Shown here: piece after piece, positions 1 to 13,596 of the stretch
How positions within the stretch are numbered: the stretch's first letter is position 1
Layout: each line of letters starts with the position of its first letter
Source of the DNA: Macrostomum lignano
Lineage: Eukaryota
Assembly: GCA_002269645.1 (NCBI GenBank)
Contig: NIVC01003711.1
Coordinates: 1-64,000 of the forward strand
DNA length: 64,000 nt
Reading direction: 5' to 3'
Made by a program: the position numbers and the translations under genes
Notes under the pieces: generated by a model
Database searches by the model: none
Told to the model about the DNA's origin: nothing
Seen by the model: the letters and a program-made list of their open reading frames with translations, nothing else

Positions 1-180
1 ATCGAAGAGACAGGAGGTGAGAAGAGAGAAAATTAGAAGAGAGAGAGAGAAAAGAGAAGAGAGGAGAGACAAAAGAGGAGAGGAGAGAGAAAGACGAGAG
101 ATGAGAAAAGAAAGGAGAGAGGAGATAAGATAAGAGAGAGTTCGAGGAGACGGAAGAGAAGTGAGGAGAGAAGAGAGACG
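1..180. repeat. GA-rich low-complexity purine tract
   Basis: Almost only A/G, irregular (GA)n-like run. Confidence 0.8.
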
Positions 181-1697
181 GTTCAAAGGCCTCAAATTTT
201 ATTTTTAACACGAATTTAATCCAATTTTTTATCTTCATCTTAACTACTAATTAAACGAGCTTTTGTTTGAGGCCAACTTCAGATTTCGGAATGTATGCAA
301 AAAATAGTTCAGAGGATTAAAATTCAGCGGGCTCAAAATCGCGGGTGCAACAGCTTGTACAATAAATAAATATATCAGATACGCGTATACTTTTTATATA
401 CTTTATCTCTGATGTTTGATTATAACTAAAAAATTAAACAGCTGCTAAAGTTCTGAGATGGTACCTACCTAAACCTTGCTGCAAATTTTCTCGGCTGGCA
501 AGTGTTCCTAGACCCTAAGGAGTGCCCATAATTTGTCGTGCCGCTAGCGCTTTTACATGCTCTCGAAAGATTGGATTTTCCTACATGTATCGCGGATATC
601 TCTCGACCGAATGTGCGAAAATCAATTCAGCGCTATACTTAGTTTTCTAGACTTCATCTGGGCAACAAACACATCCTCTGCGCATTCTTCTAGCCAAAGA
701 AACAATTATGGGGCATTATTTAATATCTAATTACTTCAAGAAAAGCTGAAATACTAGTGTATCGTAGTACAATCCTACTTTCGGTGGTGATGCAAACCTA
801 ATATACATGTAGGCAACTAACCAACAGTATGCAATGCAAAAAGCAGAAGTTTCAAGAAATCATAAAAGAAGATATATTATTTATTGCCTCCTGCTTTATT
901 TTATGAAGGCTAAAAATAACAGTAATTTTCATTTTACGAGCTAGTTCAAACGAATCATTTCACATCAGAATCGCAACTCGAATTGATCATTTTCTAAATT
1001 GCTAGCTTTAGACATTACAGCAATATCCCAAATTTTAAAGCAATCGCGAAATACCCTACTGTTAGTAAAACAAATCGACCAGCTGGATCATTAAAGTCCT
1101 ACAAATTAATCAGCTTTATTATATGCCGAGCTGTCTACTGCATAGGAAGGGCGTGGTCCCCGAACTGTAACCCAAGCATTAAAAAACGGATAAAAATGTA
1201 TAGGCAAACGAACTCGAACACATGGTTTTCAATCCAAAGAAGACAGATTTAGCAGGATGAGAGTTGTATTAGCGCTTTTTGTTATTCACCTTGAAAAATG
1301 TACAGCTGACATGGCCTGGATAGTTAATTAAGTTGTACAAAAAGGAGAACAATCAAAGCCTAATTGTATGTACAGAAGCAGGTGCAACGTATGTAATCAC
1401 AAAGCTGAACAAGTCGAAAACAAAAAACGAGAAAACTGGTCGCGCAGAAAATCTAAAGAATGAACGGTAATTCCGCATCTAAACTGGCTGCCAGGCTGTG
1501 TCGCGCGGGGAGATCGGTGTGAGAATACATTGAAAATAGGGGGAGGGGGAAGAATTAGAAAAAGAAAAGATAAGCAGAGAAAGAGAGAAGGGGAAGAAAC
1601 AATGTTGATATTACGTTGAGAAACACCACACCAACTCTTAGAACAGAGAGAGTAACTAGGACGGGCACGGAGCAGGGTGGCTTGGGTAGGGTCGATG

Positions 1698-2215
1698 TCA
1701 CACAGTCGTAACGACCACAAGCAGGTGCGGCGTCTCAGAACTGGGCTGTGGAAACAGATTAGCGTACAGATCGCTGGCGTACTGCTGCAGCTTGGAGGTT
1801 GCAAACTGGCCGGGCGGAAGATGTGCACAACATAGGCTGGCACATCCTGCTGATCGGGATAGTTGACGTTGACAATGCCGGCGGCCTGCTTTCCTGCAGG
1901 TACTTGATGAAGGCCTCGCGCAGATTGTGCGTCTGGCTCCGATAGTCCTGCGCATTGACGCCGCAGGCTACGGCCAGCAATACGCAATATTCCGCTTCGT
2001 CCGCCATCTTGCGCTGGACGCCTTCCAGCTGAGCTGGCTCCAGTCGCATCCGCTGAGCGACCTTCAACACCCGGGCAGCGTCTGGCGCAGCCAGCTCCAG
2101 CGCCGCTTTGGCCAGCGTGTCGCTGCCGCGGACAAAGTGCATCTGCACGCCGGCCTCGTCGTTCTTTAAGGCTAGACGACCCTGCCATTTCACTGGATAC
2201 TTGCGCAGCAAGGCA
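1698..2215 (-). CDS. SPEN: SPOC domain of SPEN (read across three frames)
   Basis: LLRKYPVKWQGRLALKNDEAGVQMHFVRG...AFIKYLQ / KQAAGIVNVNYP...AYVVHIF / PPGQF...PHLLVVVTTV matches the SPEN SPOC pattern. Confidence 0.9.
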
Positions 2216-5200
2216 TCCAGCTGTCCAGATTGCGCCGGGGCCTGCGACTGCTGCTGCTGCGGTGGCTGCTGCTGAGGTGGCTGCTGCGGTGGTTGTGGCG
2301 GTTGTGGCGGTGGCGGCGGCGGCGGAGGTTGCGACGGAAGCGGCTGTTGTTGCGGCTGCTGCGGCTGACTGGCTGTTTGAGCCGGCAGCTGTGGCGGAGG
2401 CGGCGGCGCGGAACTCGGCTGGAATAGCTGCAACTGAGGCACATATTGGCTGTAAAGCAGGTCCTGAGGATAGCGTCCGCTAGCAAATAGTTGCATGTAG
2501 AGAGCCTGCAATTGAACCTGCTGCTGTTGCGTCTGTTGTTGCTGCTGCTGCTGCTGCATCCGCTGGGCAAAAGCATCATTGCCAGTCGAATCACTAGTTG
2601 TAGACGTAGTAGACAGTGATGAAACCGCAATTGATTGGGGCGTCATCAGTTGAGAGACTTGCTGGATTGGCGCAGCTGAGGTGTCAGGGGGAGCAGCGCA
2701 GGTGGTCACAGAGCAGATGGAGAATGGCTGCAGGCGCAACTCTGGAGCTGTGGTCACAGGCGTTGGCAACGATGACGGAGGCTGCGGCGGCAAAGCCGGC
2801 TGGGTGACAGACGGCGGACGGACAGGAGTGACCGCCGGCGGCACGGGGTAAGTGTGAACCGTTCACCAGACGGATAGCGAAGTCGGTCGCGTTCCATGTA
2901 AGGCGACAAATCAATGTTTCCTTCGACAACTTCGCGAATAACATCGTCCAAGTGCTGCAGCGCCAAGGCTTCCATGGCCGGTGGCGACTTCTTGGCTGGC
3001 CGCTGGGCCAGGCCGCCAGTCAGACTGATAGTTGGCTGGGTAGGCGTTACTTCGGCGCTAGAGGCGACGCTGATGCCAACGGCAGAGCTGGCGCTGGTGA
3101 CTGTAGGAGTATCGCCAGCTTGTTGCTGCTGATTATCCCAGCAGGCAGCTTGGTTGGGCGGAGCTGCTTGCACCTTGCGAATCACATCCTGTACAAACTG
3201 ATCAAGATCTTGCTGAGCGGCCGGCTGCATTGGAGGCCGGGCGGGCTGGGCTGGCGGACCAACAGGGTGCAGCATCAGGCCCGCCTCCGGCGCAGCAGAA
3301 CGCGCCGTCTGCGGCTGCGGTACAGGCGGCAGCGGAGGCGGTGGCGGTGCGGGAATGAGCGGACGTAGACTCAGTTCGGGCACTCGGAACTGAGGTTGAG
3401 ACAGGCTGATAGCGGCCGGTCGTTGGCTTAGCTGGGCCAGAGCGTGCGCAGCTGTAGTTTCTAAATCAGCGTGGGCGGCCGCCAGCTTAGGCGGCTCATC
3501 GTCGTCGACTCGGTCCGGGCTGATCGCGGCGGCGTCTGGCTGAAAGCGGTCGATGGTCGGCAGGTCTGGCGCCGGCTCGAAAGTCTCGTCGTCGGAGAAA
3601 GAGAACAGAGATTTCTCAGTGACAGCTCGCGGATCCAACTGGGCCTTGGCTTCGGCAAATATGTCGGTTAGGCGACTGCCAGCCGGCGGGCTTCCAGGAT
3701 CGACAACAGACTCGGCGCGGCTAGAATCAGTCATTGGCACGGTGCTGGGAGTTGACGGCGCGGCAGCCTCCTCAGAGTCAGACGAGCTGCCAAACACGCT
3801 GTCGACAGACATTTTGCCGCGGCTAGCCTTGCCTGACTTAGACGACCGGTGCAACCGTTTGGAAGCCGGAGCCTTGGCTGCTGACGAGGAGCCGCGTCTT
3901 CGCTTCTCGTTGCCGCCACCGCCGCCACCACCGCCGACTTCGCTGCCGGTTGTGGTCGACTTTCGACTGCGGAATCGCGAGGAACTGCCACTCAACTGAT
4001 GCTGCTTCTTGGATCGCACAGCCTCTTGTGCAGGATAAGTTCTAACGTTTTCCTGCATTGCCTCATCCTCGGTGTCGCTTGCTGATGGGCCAGCGGCGCT
4101 CTGCTGTCTGCTGGCGGGAGGCCGAGGCCTCGATCGTTTCCTGGAATTTTCATCCGAACGCCGGACTTCGCCTGGCCTGGTCAGACTTCTGATGCCGTCG
4201 GACGCGGACGCGGTTCGAGAAGCCTGCCGGCGTTTGATTTTGTCGTACATAGATTCGTACGGTTGGGCCCAATCGGCTGGATCGAATGCCAGCTCGAGCT
4301 GCGCGTCATTTTCGCGCTTGATTGGTGGCTGGCGCCAATGTGGCGCCGGGCAGATTTGCCGCTTCTAATACTGCCGCCAGCGTCGGAGTCAGCTTCCTCT
4401 GATTCTGAATTACGACGCCGTTTCACCACCATAGTGGACTGGCCAACACGAAGCGGCGGAGTTGGTGACACCGGAGTCTCTGGCGGCGTCGGCATGGTGG
4501 AACTACTGCGAACTTCCTCTTCGCCAATGGTGGATGTCGGATTGGCCTCCGTGCACGTGCCAGCGGATGGCGACTGGCAATCGAATAGGCCGACAAGAGG
4601 CTGCGTCGCCGATCCGCTGCGGGTGCCAAGCGCGGCCTCGTAGGCGGACACTGCTTGCTCGAGGCAGCGTGTTTCCCGCTCAGTCACGGACTGTTGGCCA
4701 GCCGGACGAAGGCCACCAGAGGCGGCCGCAGTAGCTCTAGGCGTTTTCCTAGTAGAAGCTGCCGGCGAGCGAGACGACAGTGAGGGCGAATTGGACTTCT
4801 TCAGCCAGCCGGGTGTGGAAAGCCGGTCGCTGTCCGACACGAGGCCAGATTGCTCCGCAGTGGATCTGTCGGACAGGAATTGAGAAGGGCTACTCACTTA
4901 AGGACTGACTCCAGTGTTAGAACTTTAATACATAAGCTGAATTTGACGCAATTTTCAATCTAAATGCCATCGAGGGGCATGAGTGCATACTTAAACTAAA
5001 AAATGGTAATACTACTGAGCAATGAAAGCTTACCCGCTGGTATCCGCATCGCTGCATTCGCTGCGCGCGTCCTCAAAGCAGGACAGTCTGGCTAATAGTC
5101 GCTGATCTCGCTCCGACCCGTCCTTGGCCGCCGGGACGTCTCCGTCCGAGCTGTGGCCGCCGGACTTGCGTCGGACGCTGCCGCTGTTTACGCGCTGACG

Positions 5201-8200
5201 GGACTCGATGAATTCGCGCAGCTCGGGCGGATTAGTTGGTCGATTGGCTTCTTGGTCTTGGTCAGCTTCATTTGTGCTGGATCAGAAATTGGACAGGCGT
5301 ATATGAGGTATAAATTCGTTGATTTATTTTTGCATGCACGCTAGAATGAGAAGCCTAGCCTAGCTTACTCCTAATCATTAAATAAGAATAAAAAACCTTA
5401 ATCTCCCACAATGTACTTTGCTATACATGTGTCTATGTCTATGGCCAAAACTGATCTACGAGCTAATTAAGAGTAGACGAAATCGTTCTTTAACGAGAGT
5501 ACACAAAATTGACATACCCGCAGTCTTGAACTTTGCGCCAGTTCCCGTGACTCCTTGCCTTCACGTATTCTAGCATCATGTCGCGATAACGAGCCGCCGC
5601 CTTCGCACTGGAAATGATGCCGCGGTGAAGCTCGGGTGCCAGTAGCTGGTCGAAAAGCCTGGCGCAAAGGCAAAAAGAGGTCAGAGGATGGCAATCTTAG
5701 TTACTTAAATTTAGGCTCAGCTCGTTTGCAGGGTGGAGAGGGGCTACGGGCACTGCCGCAAACCAAGGTGAACAGGGTGTACAGCGGCCCTAACTTGTTT
5801 TGTTAACCATACTAGCACCAGCCCCATATTAATGCGGCCATGCAGGGAATCGAACCCACGGACCCTAGTCAGGCGCTGGAGATGGCGCCTGGCGATTAAC
5901 CCGATCCAACAAAATTTACAGTAAAAATGATGGTATTATTATTAAAAAGCTCTTACTTGTAATCGCTGCACTGGCCAGACGTGACCAATTCGTCAACAAA
6001 GTGCTTCTGACAAGGCTGGCTAGCAAAGTCAACTAGCAATCGTTGGCCAAGCAGACTGGCGCATTTCATTGCATCAACGGCTCGGCGTGCGTCGTCCAAT
6101 TCGTTAAAGAATACCAGGGCGCAATGCCGGTGCGAATTGACGCAAACGTCTCTGAGACGGCCGTGACAGGCAAAAGTTTTACTTAGTAGCGATTCTGTCA
6201 CTGTGGATGCCAGGTTAGCCAGCCACACGCAGTTGGTTGGCTGTGATTTTTGATAGCTGAGCCGGACTCGCTGACCGCCAACGGTCAGGTCGGCTGACTG
6301 ACGGAGAGCAGCCGCGGCGCCTCGGATGTCTGAGAATTGCACAGTTGCCTTGGCTGGCCCGTCTGCTGAAGACTTTAGTTCCACGTCCTGGAGAGAATTT
6401 GGGGTGGCGATTTATGCTTATCTAAACCCACTAAACACCAAAACAGGCAAAACTACGCTTAGTAAAGTCAGGTAAATCGTAGCAACTCTGCAATCAAAAG
6501 TCAGATCAAAAACATTAAGGATATCATTTATTGGATTGCGAATCCGATTTGGGATGCAGGGCATTAGTCAGCAGAAACACTCACCAGGATGGCGCCGTAG
6601 GCGGCAAGTTTTTCCCGCAGTTCGGCTTCTTGAACGCCGGGTTCAATATTGCTGACTAGCAAAGTCCTTGACGCCCGCGGGTGAAACTCGTCAAAGACTT
6701 GTTCGCCGGCTTCGTCAGCCGATTCTAGCCGCTCAACGTTGAGCGTCATGCCAAAGAAGCTCTTGCCGCTTTTGGTGAGCTCGTAAGCGGACTCGGCGTC
6801 TTCAGCCCGCTTAAAGACAATCAGCGCATGCCTGTCGTCTTTCTCGCCGCGCACTTGAATGCTGGACACTTTGCCAACTTTTCTGTACTCGTGAAACAGA
6901 CCGTTCTGAATGCTGCCGTCTGCAATGACATTAATAAAGCCGCGGGCGGGGTAAGAGCGGAATTAATTAATTCAATCGGGCTTGTCTCGAAGCAAAATCA
7001 CGCAATTTTTCTAGGTCTCATATTATATTACTAGAAGAAATTCTCGGGCCTTTTAGAATAATGTAGGTGAAAATTTCAAGACTAAGAAAGGGTTTGAAAA
7101 GCGAGTTAGTGCGTGCACGCGATTCGTACTGTTCAATATTTTTTTGTTGTCTTGTGTACAACCGAATACAGAAGAAACTAGAAACTAAAATCTAATGCTA
7201 AACACGTACTGTCTGTTTAAATTTATAACATCGACTCATCAACACTTACCAGAGGAACGGTCGGGAAAATTCCAGACCTTAAGCACTTTCAGTTTGCTGC
7301 CGTCCTGCTTGCCGACTTGGGTCCTGCGGGAAGAACGAAGGGCCAGGCGGAGTAAAACCTCTGCGCGCCTATACACAGATGGGATTGCAAAAAGCGGTCT
7401 CCTCTCTGAGTCCCTTTCGTCTCTCCTGTTCCTACCCGACTCCACTCCCCTATTTCCCTTGGCTCCCAATCTCTCCCCTTCCCACTCAGCTTCCTCTTTA
7501 GCCTTCATTCACTCCAGGACAGGCTAGTCTCACTCTCACCCAAGTGCAGCGCAGCGCAGAGCAAAGCAAAGGGAAGAACGGCCATGGTAAAATCAATACT
7601 TCACCCCAATGTGCAAAGGAATCAAACCCGTTCACATATTGCTCATAGCTATCTTAATGTACTCTGTAGCCCAATTTAGTGTTTAGGTAGAACGACTAGG
7701 CCTTATCAATGCAGTAATTCAATGTGGAAAATTGTGAATCAAATGTACTCGCATAGGACCAAATACATTACATAAACTATGGAAATTGATCAAACGCAAA
7801 ATGAAAGACGATTTTGAAAAGGTTTGCATCTATCATATTCAGAGTAACATGCATCGAATATGCATCTGAAAAATGTCCTCATATCTATTGTACTGATATT
7901 ATTAGCAATTTTGATTGCTACGAGCGAGCACAATCTCCAAAAGTATAATAGAGATAGCTTAATAATAATTATATTAGGGGTTGCAGAGAGAAAACCGGTT
8001 AATCAGTTATGCAAGATGAAATAGGATCCGTCCAGCCCCATCGACAATGCCAGTATCGATCCAGAGTGGGGTACCTTGTGTGCTTAGTAAGCAGAGTGCG
8101 GCGATATGCCGCGTCCCGCGCCAGGACTTGCACAGGAGGGTGTGGAAGCACAAGCTTTTGCTGACTAGGCAAATGAAAGGGTTGGGCTTGTCCTGTACAG

Positions 8201-10076
8201 TGCGGTGTGCGGCTGACTACGGCCTAAGCCAAAGCAAGAATGAATTTCAGGTCACCACGTCTGCTACCTCCCCCCACCCGTTCTTTTCATGCAAACCTTC
8301 CGCCTCTCCCTCTCCCTTTACCCAGCTCTTGCAGTCAGTCAGCCAAAAACACAATATAAACCCCAGAACCCCCGACCGATGCGCGAACGCGCGCGTTCAT
8401 TAACGTTCCCTCTCTATTCTGTTCACCGCCGGGCGCCAACCCACCCTCCGCTGTTTTGTGTACGCACGCACGCGCAGAGGAAGGGGTTGGGGTTGTTGGT
8501 TAGGAAACGAACAGTGGCGAGGGATAGAGAAGGAAATAGACAGAGGGCAGAGTGAGTAAGCTCCGAGATAGCCCAGTAGGCCAAACCTTACCAAAACAAG
8601 CAAGCAGCTCACACAAGGCTCACTCACAACTAGGGAAAGGGTAAGGGAGGAAGGCCAAACGGCTCTAAGGTTTGGGCAGGAGCGTCACAGCGGGGCAAGA
8701 GAAAAATCGTGCCACTGCAAGTGTTCTGTTCAGACTTAGTCGCAGCACAGAAAACGAAAAAAGTGGAGCGAATGAGTAGCAGCATGGCTGCAAGCACACG
8801 CACGCATGCATGCAGTTCACGCACACATACAATTGCAGTACATACACCCCAAACTGAGAGTTCAACTAGACACAAGCCCGATAAGGATAAGGACGCGTAG
8901 CAATTTCTTAATAAATTAACAAAAGATCTTTAATTATTTGTACAATTTCTCTTACCTGATTGGCGGACTGTTGTTGTTATTGACGCTTGTTGAACCATTT
9001 TCTAGAGAGCTCCTGTATGTTAAACAAATGTGTAAAGATGTCTAAAAGTTACATTATTTAAAGACTATGGAGCACGAACTTTTCTTTAAAAGCATGAATA
9101 CACCGACTTACTTATCCGAAAACTTGTCGCTGGCCAGATCCTTCAGACGCTGTAGTCCAGGCTCGCCAGATTGATCGCAGTGTTCGGAAGTTAGCGAATG
9201 ACCATTCAATAGATGCCGAGCTGCACAGGCTTTAGCAGCCACTTTTGCGTCTGGAAACGACAGCACTGCGCCGCGCAAATTGCCAGCCTCGTGAATTTTA
9301 GTAGCTAAGACACAGCCGTAGCTAAAAGTTAATGAAGTATAGTTAGTTACAAAAACGCGACAAACTGCAGGAGGCATAAGCCCAAGTTCCTGAAATAAAC
9401 TTTGGCCACTGTGATGATGATGATGAGACAAGACTAACAAGTCAAAGATTTTCATCTCAACCAGTTCAAATGAAATCAACTATTTATCTAAATAAATTTA
9501 CTCCATTCAAGAAGTGATAAAGCTGAACTGAATCAAACTAGCATAGCAGTCTATAGCAAAAAAAAGTTTAAATAAGGACTAAGGGTTTTTTCTATATTTG
9601 CAATTTTATGCTATCTATTGACTTTGGCTTTGTATTCAAAACATTCTACCAATCAACAAAGAAAAGGCCTATATTAGGCCAATTCAGATTAATAAAACTA
9701 TAAAAGACCACATCTAGGCTAAAGATATGATAAGATTCCAAACTAGATTTCAAAATCATAGGATTTGAACAAATATTTCAGATCCCAATCTTAATCTTTG
9801 ATCAATAGAGTAGACTAATATCCAACTATTTAAACATAATACAATAGATATTAGACTTATAGATAGACTATAGGGAGGGAGACCCATTGCATTAAAAAGA
9901 CTGTTGCAATGAAAAGAACAAAACTACATTAAATTTTGTTAATACAAACATTAATAATTTTGCTAAGCTTTTTGGCTTTGTACTTAAACTTTAGCCTGTG
10001 CTGTGGCTGTATCAATTGTCAAGTTATTTATTTATAACTATAATAATCAAATTTTTGTATTAATGTTTGTATTATA

Positions 10077-10126
<50 letters not shown>

Positions 10127-10847
10127 TATTCAGTTGCAAGCCAGTAATAATTGTCATTTGCTAGACATATGACTAGACCTAGCTAGTATTAGTAACCTAA
10201 TTAATAAACTATGAATTAACACAAATTACTCTTATAGTTTACTTGCTTATTTGTTTGTATTGCCTAACTTCCTTGTCTCTTATTCTTGGGTCATTATACA
10301 ACTCTCCTATGAGCTATGCTATGACTGGAATGTTTGATATAGATGACTAGATCTAAGCAAGACATAGTTGCAAAGTCGAGAGCTGATCAAGTGTTTGATG
10401 TTTGAACTGAGAAGAACGAGATTCGGAAGATAATAGACAAAAGTTGAAGTCAGATTTAATGAGACAATGCAGTGTAACTTAAAAATTTAATTTAAACTTA
10501 AAGCCAAGCCACTTAATGTGCCAGGGAAACGCATGCCATTACTGTTGTTGTGAGTTGTGACTGCCCAAGCTTAAAATTCCAATGGCAATGGGCAACGAAC
10601 TGAGCCTGAGCGAGAGAAGGATCGACAATAAGACTAGAAAACTCCCAGTCTTAATTTATCTTAACAATAAAATGACTAAGCTCCTAATATAAAAATTCTT
10701 GTTAAATGTAGATATACCGTTAAGTTGTAGTAGGTGATATTGATAATGAAAATCAAGAAATTACCTTGAAAACAGATCCGTCAAAGTTTGCTGAGTAACG
10801 TTGGGCGGCAGCTGGCTAATCCACAAGTAGCACGTCTCTTCTTTCAT
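1698..10847 (-). CDS. SPEN: SPEN/split ends (SHARP-type) RRM-SPOC transcriptional co-repressor, multi-exon
   Basis: Exons (- strand): 10847-10765 (MKEETCYLWISQLPPNVTQQ, like the SPEN RRM1 start), 9321-9112, 7323-7250, 6919-6585, 6387-5957, 5695-5518 (tentative), 5276-5034, 4889-1698. All have GT-AG boundaries. Four RRMs (e.g. KVWNFPDRSSDGSIQNGLFHEYRKVGKV...GKSFFGM; PTNCVWLANL...LLVDFAS) and a C-terminal SPOC (LLRKYPVKWQGRLALKND...RMRLE...KQAAGIVNV...PHLLVVVTTV*). The 5518/5276 junction does not phase-match, and the last exon needs four 1-nt corrections. Confidence 0.9.
2216..4889 (-). CDS. SPEN: SPEN central low-complexity region (S/P/Q-rich; YESMYDKIKRR motif), large terminal exon
   Basis: Long open frames 4181-4897, 2754-4250 and 1759-2844 are contiguous with the SPOC frame once single-base shifts are allowed. 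Confidence 0.75.
5765..5905 (-). mobile_element. tRNA-derived SINE-like fragment in SPEN intron
   Basis: Pol III B-box GGTTCGATTCC on the - strand (5846-5856); weak A-box; no cloverleaf. Confidence 0.35.
5957..6919 (-). CDS. SPEN: SPEN RRM2-4 exons (6919-6585 and 6387-5957)
   Basis: RRM motifs; phase-compatible GT-AG junctions. Confidence 0.9.
9112..9321 (-). CDS. SPEN: SPEN exon 2 (RRM1)
   Basis: Continues exon 1 in phase 2 (..DLFSS YGCVLATKI...GAVLSFPD..AAKA); acceptor ttttag, donor gtaagt. Confidence 0.8.
10071..10122. repeat. (TA)n microsatellite
   Basis: About 22 TA units. Confidence 0.9.
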
Positions 10848-11989
10848 TACATAGAGTCAAATGTTCGATGGCATATCATGCTATAATAACAGCTTGATTC
10901 GAAATTGTGAATGAAAATTGCTGCTAAGTCCCCTAGAATTGTGAACGCAACGCCAGTGTATTGCAGAAGCCGACTCAAGCAGGGCTTGTGCTGTAGTAGG
11001 GTATGAAATAGACTGCACAGGGAAGGGGGGTTTGTTGAGGGCTAATTTGAATAGCGAGTGCGCATCGACCAACCCCAAACTCTGGTCGATAAGTCCATAC
11101 CACTTTTGGGGGGTATCATGATTCTACGTCGCGTTTGGCCTACTTGCAAAGTATGCTACTAATAGTAACCGTACCTGTATATATATACAATTAATACATT
11201 GAAGCCGTAATATAAATCGCTTATGACTTACTTAATCAATGAAAACGATTGATGCTGAAATAGGTAATAACTTTAGCACCAAAAAATGCATATGAACAGT
11301 TGGGTACATCATAAATTGTGTAGTTAATTCTTTGAATTTTAGTATTATGAGTGTACGTAAAATTAACTGCTACGTTCAAAAAGGCATTATATTTTGCAGC
11401 AACGCAACATTACATTTTACAACATTCACAATGTAAAAAATCTGCTGAAAACCCCGGGTTTCAAAATCAATCCTTTTCAACATCTATTTATGGTACCAAA
11501 GGGACAATTCAAATTTTTAGAAATAAGTACAACTTTCTCACTGAAAAAAACATTCACAAAGGGGTATTTAAAATTAGACAAATTCAACAAAATGATTTGA
11601 AAGCAGTAAGAATCCATGTTAGAATCTCAATGTTTTACTACGTCCACCATTGACTATTCTCCATATTGCATGGGGCTCTCCCACAGGAAAAGATTACCTT
11701 TGGGCAGTTCAAAACTCGGCGTGATTAAAATGTTCAATGCACCAATATGATAACCCTTAAGCCAAGCTTATGCTTTTGTCATGCTAAATTAGAAAACGGA
11801 CATCCGCAGTTGAAATCCTATAGAATAAAGACAGGTTGGGCCATAAATGAGCAATGGCCATAGACAAAAGGGTCGCATGCGGCCTGCGAAGCCTCTTTAT
11901 CCGGCTCTCGGGTCCTCTTAAACTTCACTAGCTATAGCAATCCGGCCCGGCCCGCACGAGGTTTGTGTCTATTCTTAGCTGTCTTGTCG

Positions 11990-12120
11990 AATCTCCTCTT
12001 CTCTCCTCTCCTCATCTCTCCTCTCACTTTTTTTGTCTCCTCTCCTTCTTTTCTCTCTCTTTTCTCTCCTATTTAATCTCTACTCTCCTCAGTCCCTTCC
12101 TCCCCTTTATTCCCTCGGCT
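11990..12120. repeat. CT-rich low-complexity pyrimidine tract
   Basis: Irregular (CT)n run. Confidence 0.75.
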
Positions 12121-12699
12121 CCCTCGTAACTAATTTACATGGCACCATTGGCATTTGATGCCGAAGTTACACTATTGTGGGCCCGGAATAGTGGTGTGGA
12201 TGCGAAGCCCCCCCCCCCCTAACTTGCGACCATAGACTATTTTATTCTTAAATGAATCAAACTAAGTAGATGGACTTATAGGCTATTCTAAAAGGTTTAG
12301 GATGCCCCTATGCAAGTGAAATTCAGAAAGCAAGCTGCAAGTTGTCGATGTTCCTAACCTCATCTTTTTGTATGCGATACAAACTTGTTTTGCACTTTCT
12401 GTTTTGATTAACTATCGAACTCCTTCCTATACGCCACCTCTATTTGAAATTCCGCTGTTTCTTAACGTCTAAAAAATCAAAACTAAGTTATGATGGAATT
12501 TTGAAAACGAAAAGTAAAGTTACACGCAAAATAAATTATCTCGCAGCAAAGGCACTCAAATGTGAAATGTTAGAATGGCGCAAATAATGATATTGAAAAA
12601 ATGAACTAGATAATATCGTGCTTCACAATAATACTCAAAGTTAATACAAATGAGATTTATGCAAATTTAACAAAAGATAATATAAATTGATTACACCCA

Positions 12700-12934
12700 C
12701 AGCTAGCTAAAGGCTGCGTACGGCTGTTCGGTCCAAGGACTGAGGGGGGGGATCGAGAGGTCGCCACACCCACCCTTAAGTGCCCCAGCTAATGCTAGCA
12801 CCCATTTTACAGCTGGGTGAACTGAAGCAATGCATAGTTAAGTGTGTCGCTCAAGGACACAACTTCTTCCAGTGGGATCGGGAATCGAACCCCCGGCCTT
12901 CAACCCAACTCTTTAACCACTAGGCTACAACGCC
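12700..12934 (-). mobile_element. tRNA-headed SINE with CORE/MIR-like central domain
   Basis: - strand reads A-box TAGCCTAGTGG, B-box GGTTCGATTCC, then GTGTCCTTGAGCGACACACTTAAC...CAGCTGTAAAATGGG, which resembles the MIR CORE consensus. Confidence 0.7.
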
Positions 12935-13596
12935 TTTCAACAACAGACAGCAAAATAACAAAAGAACAGACACCTTAGCACATCAAATCTAGATAGGCTT
13001 ATTATATTAATATCATAGTAAATTCATTTTTATGCATTGGATGTCCAGCATCAGAAATAAACAAACCCGACATTGTGATTAAAACAATGGAGTCTAGAGC
13101 GTGTGAAAAATATGCTTAAATTGATGGAGTGAATGTATAAAATAAATGTAAAACAGGCTAAGAAGTTGTTGAGTTATCTTTTACAAGTTATCAACCATGT
13201 TATTTTTACATGAATGTAAATAATGTTTGAAAACTAACTGTTAGTTAGTGTGAGCAGCTGTGCTTGTATTGGAAAACAACTTCAGTGAGAAAGGCTTCTA
13301 AAATATAAAAAACAGACGGTTCAGCTGCTGGAATGATTAGCTAGAGACCTGCGTTAGATTTTTTTGAAGCAAGACTACTGAGGTTAAAGTTTCGCTTTAA
13401 ATTAGTTTGTTAGCTGAAATTATCAACTGACCCATTTGCTGACATCATCAGCTGACAGTTAAAATTAGCCCTTCGCTGCTAATTTACTATACTTTGCATA
13501 ATCATCTGTTTACGAGCTATCGATAGTCACATCTGCAATGCATCAATTATAAAAAGTTTCCGGTGCAAAACGAAAGTAATGATATTTTTTCAAACT

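Noticed and set aside
518-718. Weak inverted repeat (TGCCCATAATT / AATTATGGGGCA)
   Set aside because: About 12 bp, imperfect, no clear TSD.
4368-4432. Possible 65-nt GT-AG intron explaining the first SPEN frame change
   Set aside because: No pyrimidine tract, the content looks coding (KRRRNSESEE), and a 1-nt homopolymer fix is simpler and matches three other sites. Not fully excluded.
5840-5905. Functional tRNA gene
   Set aside because: B-box only; no acceptor or anticodon stems and no T-run terminator. The same applies to 12850-12934.
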